A stretch of DNA of 64,000 nt, from the IMG/VR virus record IMGVR_UViG_3300042945_003044, one strand, 5' to 3'. This DNA is from a virus. Shown piece after piece: positions 20,655 to 29,005 of this stretch (positions within the stretch are counted from its first letter, which is position 1; each line of letters begins with the position of its first letter). The position numbers and the translations under genes are program-made. The notes under the pieces are model-generated. The model was not told where the DNA came from. It did not search any database and was given only the letters and a program-made list of their open reading frames with translations.

Positions 20655-22324
20655 GGATTATTTGCGCCTACTATAAAGTCTTCATTTATTGGTGAGTTCT
20701 GTGCTCTTGCTCGCTCAGCCATATTGTGGTTATTTATTTTGTTTTGTATAGCGGCCAGTGCATTTGTAATAGAGTATTTCTCAAGCGTAATGCCTTGCTG
20801 AGTAAAGCCATAATCAGCATAGAATAACATATCTAGGGTGTTCATATTACATAAAAACTTTAAGTCTTTTAGATATTTAGAGCACACCAGAGTTAAAGTA
20901 TTTAAGTTATGAGACTTATCAATATTTTGCTCCATAATATTCTGAGGTATTGGCTCTAAATACAGTGGTGGACTATCCCATTGTTTTTTGGCACAATTAT
21001 CTGGATTTAGTGAACTAAGATAGTGTTCCCATTTTTTGTATATATCATCCCAATCGAAATGTTTTTCTACTAACTCCCTAGTTCTCCTCCTAATTTGTAT
21101 CATCTCGTTGTCTGTATAGTTCAAATACTTATGAATAATCTGTAGCAGCTGCGCGTTGTCTGGATATACCCTAAAGGCTTTAGTCTCCAACTCTTTAAAT
21201 TTTTTACGCACTCTAATCGGGTCTGCTTCAAGCTTCTTGACAATATCCTTCATAGCACTATAGTCAACAGTAGCAATCGGCGTACCGCATGCGGCCCCTT
21301 CTACTTGAGGCATTCCAAAACCTTCGCAAATAGCATATTGTATATACAAATCAAAAAGATTATAAATTTCTGAAAGTTTCGCGCTAGTTGGTGCGTCTGT
21401 AACTGATGGCATAGACATAGAACGACTGGAGCATTTTGGACATTTAATAGTTGCCCCAGAAAATACAGAAGCCTTGACATGATGACATTGTTTACAGAAG
21501 TATGAGAATAATATCTTGGAAAAAATATTATTTTCTTTTAGCAGCGAGGGGATGTCCCACCCGGCATCAGGATAACTGGTATGTAGCCATAAAAAACACT
21601 TATCTTTTTTTGCGTGATTACTTATATTAAGTTCGTTAATCAGTTTTTTAAACGATACTATTAGTTCCGGAATAAGTTTGCGCTTTTGATTACGCATGAC
21701 TGATCCAATTAAAAACGTATCAGATAAACCGTACTCTGTTTTAAGCTGCTGTCTTTTAGTATCGTCAAAACTTTGAAATAGATTTATATCTACTCCAGGA
21801 GACACGGTATTTATATAATTGATATGATTGTTGCTTTGATAGGCGAGTACTTTGGCGCCCCAATCGGAATAGGTGAATACGGCATCAGCAGAAGCGTATG
21901 TTTCGATCCATGGCTCTTGCTGAGGATAAGAATCAACAGTTGGCATTACGACCCAATGGTAAAAATCCCTTAAAGGACTAATAGACTGATAATAATTCAT
22001 CCAATAGTCACGTACATCTATCACCACATTTGGACGAAAATCCAGAAGCACCTTTTCAAATCGCCACCTGCCGAATTGGTTTTCCGTTGTCTTATTGTAC
22101 TCTGTGTATCTAGGATCATTTGAACTAACGGCGTTTGCATAGTATTTCCATTTTATACTACCTCTTCTTGGATCATCCGTTAGTCCATAAGAAGCAAATT
22201 CTGCAATCTCAAATTTATTTGAGTCATACAGTCTTTGCAGTAGTTCTTTGGTATAGTTTGCAAACCCGGTATTTAAAAAACTCGCTTCTGAACAAACTAG
22301 GATTTTGAGTTTTGTATTAGTCAT
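20651..22324 (-). CDS. GT4 family glycosyltransferase with Zn-ribbon insertion
   Basis: KILVCSEA...TGFA, IGSVMRNQKRK, YNLFDLY...EGFGMPQVEGAACG, inserted CKQC...CPKC. Start set at MTNTK (22324), downstream of the hairpin. Confidence 0.85.
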   Translation of the reverse strand: MTNTKLKILVCSEASFLNTGFANYTKELLQRLYDSNKFEIAEFASYGLTDDPRRGSIKWKYYANAVSSNDPRYTEYNKTTENQFGRWRFEKVLLDFRPNVVIDVRDYWMNYYQSISPLRDFYHWVVMPTVDSYPQQEPWIETYASADAVFTYSDWGAKVLAYQSNNHINYINTVSPGVDINLFQSFDDTKRQQLKTEYGLSDTFLIGSVMRNQKRKLIPELIVSFKKLINELNISNHAKKDKCFLWLHTSYPDAGWDIPSLLKENNIFSKILFSYFCKQCHHVKASVFSGATIKCPKCSSRSMSMPSVTDAPTSAKLSEIYNLFDLYIQYAICEGFGMPQVEGAACGTPIATVDYSAMKDIVKKLEADPIRVRKKFKELETKAFRVYPDNAQLLQIIHKYLNYTDNEMIQIRRRTRELVEKHFDWDDIYKKWEHYLSSLNPDNCAKKQWDSPPLYLEPIPQNIMEQNIDKSHNLNTLTLVCSKYLKDLKFLCNMNTLDMLFYADYGFTQQGITLEKYSITNALAAIQNKINNHNMAERARAQNSPINEDFIVGANNP

Positions 22325-22334
22325 AATAAACTTA

Positions 22335-22352
22335 GAGGGGCTTTCGCCCCTC
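22335..22352 (-). terminator. GC-rich hairpin (GAGGGGC-GAAA-GCCCCTC) after ssb; weak terminator or stabilising stem
   Basis: Perfect 7-bp stem with a GNRA loop on the - strand, followed by only an imperfect U tract (TAAGTTTATT). Confidence 0.55.
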
Positions 22353-22387
22353 ATAGTTCTCTAGTTCCGCTAATGATTGTTCTGTCC

Positions 22388-22765
22388 TTAGAAAGCAACA
22401 ACTTCTTCTGTTGACTGATCCTTTGAAGCGGATCTAGATAGCTTTGTGATTTTTGAAAAATTATTGACTCTTACCTTCAGAGTGCTATGCTTAACGCCAT
22501 CCTTTTCCCAAGAATCATTTCTTAGAGATCCTTCGATCATTACCAGATCACCCTTCTTGAAAGAAGTTCCGATAATCTCTGCGCCAGAGTCCCAAGCTTC
22601 ACAATTGATAAAAGAAGTAATCTTGTCCTTTGTGCCGTTTGCCTTTGTGTATTCGCGTGATACCGCAACGGTAAAATTAACGACAGAAGTTTGCTTGTCG
22701 CCCGAACCAACCATGCGCACCTCTGGATCACGAGCTAGATTACCCTTAAGAATCGTAATATTCAT
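22388..22765 (-). CDS. ssb: Single-stranded DNA-binding protein
   Basis: MN..IL.GNLARDPEVR...NFTVAV...FINCEAW...KKGDLVMIEGSL...W. Short acidic tail ending EEVVAF. AAGGAG Shine-Dalgarno. Confidence 0.95.
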   Translation of the reverse strand: MNITILKGNLARDPEVRMVGSGDKQTSVVNFTVAVSREYTKANGTKDKITSFINCEAWDSGAEIIGTSFKKGDLVMIEGSLRNDSWEKDGVKHSTLKVRVNNFSKITKLSRSASKDQSTEEVVAF

Positions 22766-22818
22766 TTAAGTTCTCCTTGTTTATTTAAACCAATCGTGAG
22801 CCAACCGCTCACAACACT

Positions 22819-22846
22819 ATAGTAGGGAAGACCCCGGCGATGTCAA
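22819..22846 (-). promoter_or_regulatory. Sigma70-type promoter upstream of ssb
   Basis: - strand TTGACA-N16-TACTAT. Confidence 0.6.
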
Positions 22847-24474
22847 GACGACGGCATAAAACATTTCTCTACGATCAAGCCGTCCATCTCTTTGTTTTTA
22901 GAGCCTATAAATATTAGTATATTATTAACAAATAGATGGTGTTTGTATTCTAGATATTTTTCTGGAAAAAATATAATAGAGTCTATGGAGCCATATTGAT
23001 CCGATATGCTTATAAAAGCCATTTCTTGTCCTGGGTTCTTACCTTTTTTTGTTTTGACTATATGGATATTATCTATTTCTCCAGCAATGATAATATTTTT
23101 GGTTAAGCCTTTATTATTATGGAAATCCTTACAGTCTGTATTAGTCATAGCCATATCATATGAATCTAGTTTGGAACAGCTTATAGCCGTGCCTAGTAGT
23201 GTTTCTTCGGTGTCAGATAACCATTCTATTTTATCTATCAAAGAATATGGAGGATGGTCTAAAGTTTCCAGAATATTATTAATTACTTCTTTTCTTTTTT
23301 GTGTGAGTTTAGGCTTTTGTAGTAGTTGCAGGACGGACTTATTCAGAGACAAATTTTTCGACCCATCGACTGAGCTTATCAAAAAATCGATCTCTTTTTG
23401 TGTAAGTCTTGAGATAAGTTCATATTGTAAAATCATCTCTGTTCTGTTGATCTTAAGATAATCAAAAGCCCCTGATGATATCATATTTTTAGCTGCCAAA
23501 GAATTGATATTAGGGAGTACCTGTAATAGGATATATGCCCAGGACATAGACCCTAGATCTTTTCCGTGACATAGGGCGGTAATCTTTTCATATACCGAAT
23601 CTCCAAGGCCCTTTATATTTGTTAAACCAAAATAGATAACTTTATTCTTGAGATAGAATAGTTTAGACATATCTCTAAAGTCCGGTACTCTAATATCTAT
23701 ATTCATTTGATTGGCATTTTTTACCAATTCTTTGATTTCTTGTTTCGGATCAACTTTGTCTTTTGCATATCTGAGATAAGAAGCAAAAAATATTCTAGGA
23801 AAATGAGCCTTGGCAAAAGCCGATAAGTAAGCATTTATAGCGTAACTAACGCTATGAGACTTATTAAAAGAGTATCTTTGGCTTTTTTCGATCCATCCGA
23901 AAATTTCTTCGGCTTCTGATTCTGTCACTATTTTTTTAGTCTTACATCCTTCTATGAACTTGGTTTTCAGTTTAGCCATTTCCTCTGGCTTTTTCTTTCC
24001 AATGGCTTTTCTGAGAACGTCAGCTTCCTGCAAATCGAACCCAGCTATCTCTTGAGATATTTGCATCGCCTGTTCTTGATATATCATCTCCCCATAGGTT
24101 TCTTTGAGTATATGCTCTAAACTAGGATGAAAATAATCTATAGATTCTGATCCATTTTTCTTGTCTATATAGTGATTACTAACGCTCTTGCCATCTCTTA
24201 AGGCTTCCAGACAACCAGGGCGCAATATCGCTATCAAAGCAGATAGCTGTTCAATATTATTGGGTTTCAATTTTTTTGCCATAGATTGGCCAAGCCTAGA
24301 CTCTAACTGAAAGCATCCTTTTGTATTGCCAGAGCCTATTAATTCCCAAGTTCTATTACAAGCAAGATCTATGTTATCAATATATGGAGAAAAATTAATA
24401 CGAGGTATTGACTCCCCATCGTGTTTATCCAATGGAAATTTACATCCACAATCAAACGTATAGTATTCTGACAT
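22843..24474 (-). CDS. dnaE: DNA polymerase III alpha subunit, C-terminal part (fingers, HhH, OB fold)
   Basis: GCFQLES, LRPG, IYQEQ, LRKAIGKK, YSFNKSHS..YA, FGLTNIKGLG, OB-fold KTKKG...MAF...D..G. Confidence 0.92.
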   Translation of the reverse strand: MSEYYTFDCGCKFPLDKHDGESIPRINFSPYIDNIDLACNRTWELIGSGNTKGCFQLESRLGQSMAKKLKPNNIEQLSALIAILRPGCLEALRDGKSVSNHYIDKKNGSESIDYFHPSLEHILKETYGEMIYQEQAMQISQEIAGFDLQEADVLRKAIGKKKPEEMAKLKTKFIEGCKTKKIVTESEAEEIFGWIEKSQRYSFNKSHSVSYAINAYLSAFAKAHFPRIFFASYLRYAKDKVDPKQEIKELVKNANQMNIDIRVPDFRDMSKLFYLKNKVIYFGLTNIKGLGDSVYEKITALCHGKDLGSMSWAYILLQVLPNINSLAAKNMISSGAFDYLKINRTEMILQYELISRLTQKEIDFLISSVDGSKNLSLNKSVLQLLQKPKLTQKRKEVINNILETLDHPPYSLIDKIEWLSDTEETLLGTAISCSKLDSYDMAMTNTDCKDFHNNKGLTKNIIIAGEIDNIHIVKTKKGKNPGQEMAFISISDQYGSIDSIIFFPEKYLEYKHHLFVNNILIFIGSKNKEMDGLIVEKCFMPSS

Positions 24475-24496
24475 ATAACCTATTTATGATTAGTCC

Positions 24497-25195
24497 TTAC
24501 TCGGAGATCGCAAAAGAGTCTCTGAATTTGATTTTCCTAGCAAGATTTCTATGTAGCTTCAAAAACCTTAAAAGCAGTTCTGCTGTATCCATAACGTCTT
24601 TTAGAGCATCGTGGGCGCCTTCTTTTGGGATTCCAAAATAATCTCTTACAGAATCTAGGGTATAGTTTTTAAGATCTCCATTATTTTCAAACCATAAAAA
24701 CATCATATGCATCAAGTCTATAGTATCTCTAGGATAGAATAGGCTTGTGGTTCCTTCCTTGGTTACATTCTTATACTTTTTACTTAATCTATCTACGATC
24801 TTTAAATCGAATCTATGTATATTATATCCACATGCAATTGGAGCGCTGAAAAAAGATTTTCTTTCAGATCTGCTGTGATACATATCTAGATAGGACACAA
24901 ACATTTGCCACCCAGATTCTTGCTTTTGATAAGCATGCCATTCTTTTAAGATTTGCTCCTTAGAAGAACTCTTAACCTTAGCATGAAAATCTAAAACATC
25001 AGAATCCGCATAGGAATACGTCGGGTTCTCTTCTATTGCTTCTGGCTTTAATGTACAATTAAATTGAGAGTCTTTAATAATCTCTAACTTAATCGGATCT
25101 ATCATTACGGCTGCAATCTGAACAGGGCTGCATCGCGATGGATCAGCCCCGTCAGTTTCCATATCAAACACGCATAATTTTTGAAAATTAACCAT
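24497..25195 (-). CDS. dnaQ: DEDDh 3'-5' exonuclease (DnaQ/epsilon-like)
   Basis: ExoI VFDMETDG, ExoII GYNIHRFD, ExoIII AHDALKD. Confidence 0.88.
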   Translation of the reverse strand: MVNFQKLCVFDMETDGADPSRCSPVQIAAVMIDPIKLEIIKDSQFNCTLKPEAIEENPTYSYADSDVLDFHAKVKSSSKEQILKEWHAYQKQESGWQMFVSYLDMYHSRSERKSFFSAPIACGYNIHRFDLKIVDRLSKKYKNVTKEGTTSLFYPRDTIDLMHMMFLWFENNGDLKNYTLDSVRDYFGIPKEGAHDALKDVMDTAELLLRFLKLHRNLARKIKFRDSFAISE

Positions 25196-25379
25196 TTAAC
25201 TCTTCTACAGTGGTATTAGGTGGTACAAACTGATTTGACCCATCGGCCAAATTGACGCAGTTTACCACTCGACAGCAACTTACTCTAACGTCCTCAATTC
25301 TCCTATATTCTGTACCATTGACAGAAAATTTGACACCAACAGCAACCTCAGACAATAGCTTGGGCATATCAACCTCCAT
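25188..25379 (-). CDS. Small Cys-containing hypothetical protein between dnaE-N and dnaQ
   Basis: 63-aa ORF (possibly starting at MPKLL) overlapping both neighbours, with VSCC...NC. Confidence 0.6.
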   Translation of the reverse strand: MEVDMPKLLSEVAVGVKFSVNGTEYRRIEDVRVSCCRVVNCVNLADGSNQFVPPNTTVEELNG

Positions 25380-27237
25380 TTTTAAGAATTTGAGAGACTT
25401 CCATCATTTTATCTAACATCGCAACACCCAAAATATCAAATTTAATTATTCCCAAATATTCCAAGTCTTGCATCTCCATGCCAGCTATAGTCTGATCTGC
25501 TTTAGAATCATAAACCATAGGACACACAGAGTCAAGTGGTTCGCTGCTTATTACTACACCGGCAGCATGTTTAGACTGATTAGATTTAGTACCCTCCAGT
25601 CTTATAGCCTGCTCAAAACGCTTTGCTAAAGGACCCTCAAGCTCTCCGTGTTCGTTTAAGTAACACCATTCTTTCAGTTTGTCTCCATTGTTCTCTAAAG
25701 CCCATCTTATGATAGAAGATTCCCCCGTATCGTCTTTCATTTCTTGCAATTCATCCGCTATCTTAGCTTCGTCTGGGATATTCTTTGTGATTCTATTCAT
25801 TTCTTCAAAAGATATATTACCATAGACACGTAAAACTTCTTTTAAGGCTCCTCTGCCTTTCATAGTATTAAAAGTAATCATTTGAGAGACTTTGTTATAA
25901 CCGTATTTGTTTTTTATATAATCTACAACTTCTTCTCTCTTATTGATTGGAACGTCAACGTCTATATCTGGCATGGACACACGATCCGCGGTATTTCTGC
26001 CTGCGTTGTAAAAACGCTCGAAAATTAAATTATACCTGATAGGGTCTATAGATGTTATGCCAATTAAATAAGACACCAAGCAGCCAGCGGCAGAGCCTCT
26101 ACCTGGGCCTGGGAGCCATCCATTCTCAGACACATACTGCACAATATCTTGAACTATCAAAAAGTAACTAGATAAACCGGCCTTTTGTAGAATATCTAAT
26201 TCATATTTAATGCGGTCAACATAAACTGGATGATCTGATTCTGGTATATGATTTTTTATTTTTTTTGCCCAGCCATCACGGCATAGTTGTCTGAGATATT
26301 CATCGGGGTTTTGATTATTTGGACATTTAAAAGGAGGTAGTATCGGAGGGCTTGATATGTTATAATCTTCACATAAGGAATCTACATATATTGTATTTTC
26401 TATCTCTTCTTCTGTGTGGATCTCGATCATTTCTTTAGGAGATAAAATATGAAAGTTATCGGATCTAAAAAAACAGGCCATAGAAGTGTCTTCATTATTT
26501 AAGAGCTTTTTATTGATTTCTGCTATAGTTGTTTTAAGATTGTTGCACAATAAGATCCTTTGATCCACAGCATCTTCTTTGGAACAATAATGAGCGTCTG
26601 GCGTACATAATACCTTAGTATTAGTGGTTTTTCCTAACTCTCTAACATATTCTGTCATAGATATTTGTTCTGGACTATATTGCTGGTCCATGAGTTGGCT
26701 TTCCAAGAAAAAGTTATCAACCCCAAACATTTCTTTCATTTGTGCCACAAAATTAATACCAATATTTTTAGCGTCCTCTGGTTTTGCTTGTTGGGTAATA
26801 TCGTGTAAATAAGATCCTAGATGACCACAGTAACCTATAATATTTCCGTCTAGATATTCAGATAATTCCGCTAGGCTAATTCTAGGTTTGTGATAAAATC
26901 TACTTGGGTGATTACAAGCGGATACTATTTTAATCAAGGTTTGCCATCCCTTATAGTTTTTTGCCAACAATAAAAAATGCGTTAAGTCTCTATTTTCTTT
27001 TGTTTTTATAGTAGAATTTTGATGGCACAAATATATTTCGCAGCCAAGGATAGGCTTGATCTTATTTGTTTTCATCGTATTATGAAACTGAACAGCGCCG
27101 GCTATGGTACCATGATCCGTTATTGCGCAGCTCTTAACTCCTATATCCAAACACCTAGCGGCTATTTGACTGGGTTTGCTCAAGCCATCAAGTAGAGAGT
27201 AGTGGGAGTGTACGTGTAAAGGAACATAATTTTTCAT
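25369..27237 (-). CDS. dnaE: DNA polymerase III alpha subunit, N-terminal part (PHP + palm/thumb)
   Basis: LHVHSHYSLLDG, AITDHG, GCEIY, DAHY, GRGSAAG, catalytic PDIDVD, HAAGVVIS, KFDILG, then a stop. Confidence 0.95.
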   Translation of the reverse strand: MKNYVPLHVHSHYSLLDGLSKPSQIAARCLDIGVKSCAITDHGTIAGAVQFHNTMKTNKIKPILGCEIYLCHQNSTIKTKENRDLTHFLLLAKNYKGWQTLIKIVSACNHPSRFYHKPRISLAELSEYLDGNIIGYCGHLGSYLHDITQQAKPEDAKNIGINFVAQMKEMFGVDNFFLESQLMDQQYSPEQISMTEYVRELGKTTNTKVLCTPDAHYCSKEDAVDQRILLCNNLKTTIAEINKKLLNNEDTSMACFFRSDNFHILSPKEMIEIHTEEEIENTIYVDSLCEDYNISSPPILPPFKCPNNQNPDEYLRQLCRDGWAKKIKNHIPESDHPVYVDRIKYELDILQKAGLSSYFLIVQDIVQYVSENGWLPGPGRGSAAGCLVSYLIGITSIDPIRYNLIFERFYNAGRNTADRVSMPDIDVDVPINKREEVVDYIKNKYGYNKVSQMITFNTMKGRGALKEVLRVYGNISFEEMNRITKNIPDEAKIADELQEMKDDTGESSIIRWALENNGDKLKEWCYLNEHGELEGPLAKRFEQAIRLEGTKSNQSKHAAGVVISSEPLDSVCPMVYDSKADQTIAGMEMQDLEYLGIIKFDILGVAMLDKMMEVSQILKNGG

Positions 27238-28316
27238 GTAGATCCTGGCGCCTTATATGATCCAAAGGTATGATTGGGACTCTTATACAGATTAACAACC
27301 GTATCGATATTATATAATTCTATATCGTGTTTAACTTGTTCACATTTAGTCATGAATGACCCGTTTTGACAAGTCTGACCGTCTCTGTATTCAATTATAG
27401 GGTCGATGCCGGTATTTTCAAATGTTGTTTTTCCGAAATGACACAACTTACTACACATCCAGCTCTTGTTTAATCTAGGCTTTTTTGTTTTCTTTATATA
27501 CTCAAATTTTTGCCTAAGCATATCTTCTGTTTCTTTTAAGTGAGATTTTTCAAAACAAACAGAAAAAGGACCCCCGTCATTGATAAAATAAATAGAAAAC
27601 ATGATATGCTCTATTTCAGGATATAAATGACTGATAGCATAATGATATATTCTTAATTGTGGGTCTTTTTCTAGTTTTTCTTGAGTCTTTTCTTGTCCTG
27701 TTGCCCAGTCCAGCCTTCGTCCAGTTTTCCAGTCTACGATCTCTATGGTTTTATCGTTGACTTTTGTTATTAAGTCGATGGTGCCTTTTAGGGCCAGATT
27801 GCCTTCTAACTTTGATCCGTCCGGCAAATCGTATGAGTATTTAGCCCACGATTTTTTAATTTCAAAATCAAAATGTTGCTCTGGACACAATATTTGTCTA
27901 TTGCGTGGATCAAACATACCGTCATTAAATTCGATAGCTTTATATACCCAAGCATGACAGTCTTTATAGTCTTTTATAGACCACTTATGATGAGTACTTA
28001 TTTCGGAATAGTGCTTATATACCTTTTCTATTATGGTGTTAAGGCTATAGTCATCAACATTAACTTTCCCTACGATATCATCCGTAAAAAATGCAATATT
28101 GTCCTGTTGAGACTGTTTAATAAACGCCAAGATTTCTAGAACCTTATGTACAATAGTTCCTTTATCTGCCTTTTGTCCGGATGGTCCTCTCCAACCCAAT
28201 ACATATTCCATAAAGAACTGCTGCTCGCACATACTATGGGTATTATATGAACTGCTTCTAAAATACGTTATTATAATGATAGCACCTCTTTTAAAGCGTT
28301 TTGTATCTCCATGCAT
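27234..28316 (-). CDS. PD-(D/E)xK RecB/Cas4-like exonuclease
   Basis: SSSY....C, GTIVHKVLE, LKGTIDL...IVDWKTG, QLRIY, C-terminal C..LC...C (Fe-S staple). True start uncertain, possibly near 28274. Confidence 0.85.
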   Translation of the reverse strand: MHGDTKRFKRGAIIIITYFRSSSYNTHSMCEQQFFMEYVLGWRGPSGQKADKGTIVHKVLEILAFIKQSQQDNIAFFTDDIVGKVNVDDYSLNTIIEKVYKHYSEISTHHKWSIKDYKDCHAWVYKAIEFNDGMFDPRNRQILCPEQHFDFEIKKSWAKYSYDLPDGSKLEGNLALKGTIDLITKVNDKTIEIVDWKTGRRLDWATGQEKTQEKLEKDPQLRIYHYAISHLYPEIEHIMFSIYFINDGGPFSVCFEKSHLKETEDMLRQKFEYIKKTKKPRLNKSWMCSKLCHFGKTTFENTGIDPIIEYRDGQTCQNGSFMTKCEQVKHDIELYNIDTVVNLYKSPNHTFGSYKAPGST

Positions 28317-29005
28317 TGTTCATATATAGACATTTGATCATTATCTATAACAAAACTAAAATTATTCCAGTCGTACTGATCTTTGTCTAAAATATTTTCA
28401 CTAATATGATCAGATTCGTATGGACTACGCGTTAATCTAATAACGTGTCCACCACTATTTTTAATAATATCTACCTCGTTAGGAAATCTACAATCTGTAA
28501 TAATTGCTATTTTTGGCGCTTCTCTCTGTATCTTTCTGATAGTAGCATCTGCCCAAATATTAGGGCTTAATTTACGAAATATATCTGTGCCAATATACTG
28601 CATAACTTCTCTCGCTGTCATTGCAGCCCCGTCTAATTCTAAGCTGGTAAGACTATTTTTGGCATCTTCATTTCCATAACACTGATCACGACTCAGACCA
28701 AGAATATTGATACAAATATCTTTTTTTAAGGTATCAGCAAAATTATATATTTTGATATAAGGATTGAGCCTTTCTCTAATCTCCATTAGTATATAATCAT
28801 CAGTATCGTTAACCAGCTGCTCAGCATCATAAATGCCTTTGTAGCTTCTATTACCCAGTAAGTCCGATACGATAATTTTACCATTATTATCTATTTTAAT
28901 GTCCCCAGCCAACCCGAGCTTAGACATACATAATGATACAATAAAATTACCGGATGTTGTTTTTCCAGACTGTTTTTTACCAGAAAATCCTAGAATCAGT
29001 GTCAC
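28271..29005 (-). CDS. Deoxynucleoside monophosphate kinase
   Basis: GFSGKKQSGKTT P-loop, FAD.LK, REVMQYIGT..FR, ITDCRFPNE, H.SE. Confidence 0.9.
   Translation of the reverse strand: MTLILGFSGKKQSGKTTSGNFIVSLCMSKLGLAGDIKIDNNGKIIVSDLLGNRSYKGIYDAEQLVNDTDDYILMEIRERLNPYIKIYNFADTLKKDICINILGLSRDQCYGNEDAKNSLTSLELDGAAMTAREVMQYIGTDIFRKLSPNIWADATIRKIQREAPKIAIITDCRFPNEVDIIKNSGGHVIRLTRSPYESDHISENILDKDQYDWNNFSFVIDNDQMSIYEQCMEIQNALKEVLSL

Noticed and set aside
24474-25379. Split intein, group I intron or IS insertion interrupting dnaE
   Set aside because: No intein terminal motifs, no noncoding intron scaffold, no transposase or homing nuclease. The inserted genes are a functionally related exonuclease and a coupled mini-ORF.
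22843-27237. dnaE pseudogene
   Set aside because: Both halves are long intact ORFs retaining catalytic and structural motifs, with no sequence obviously lost at the break.
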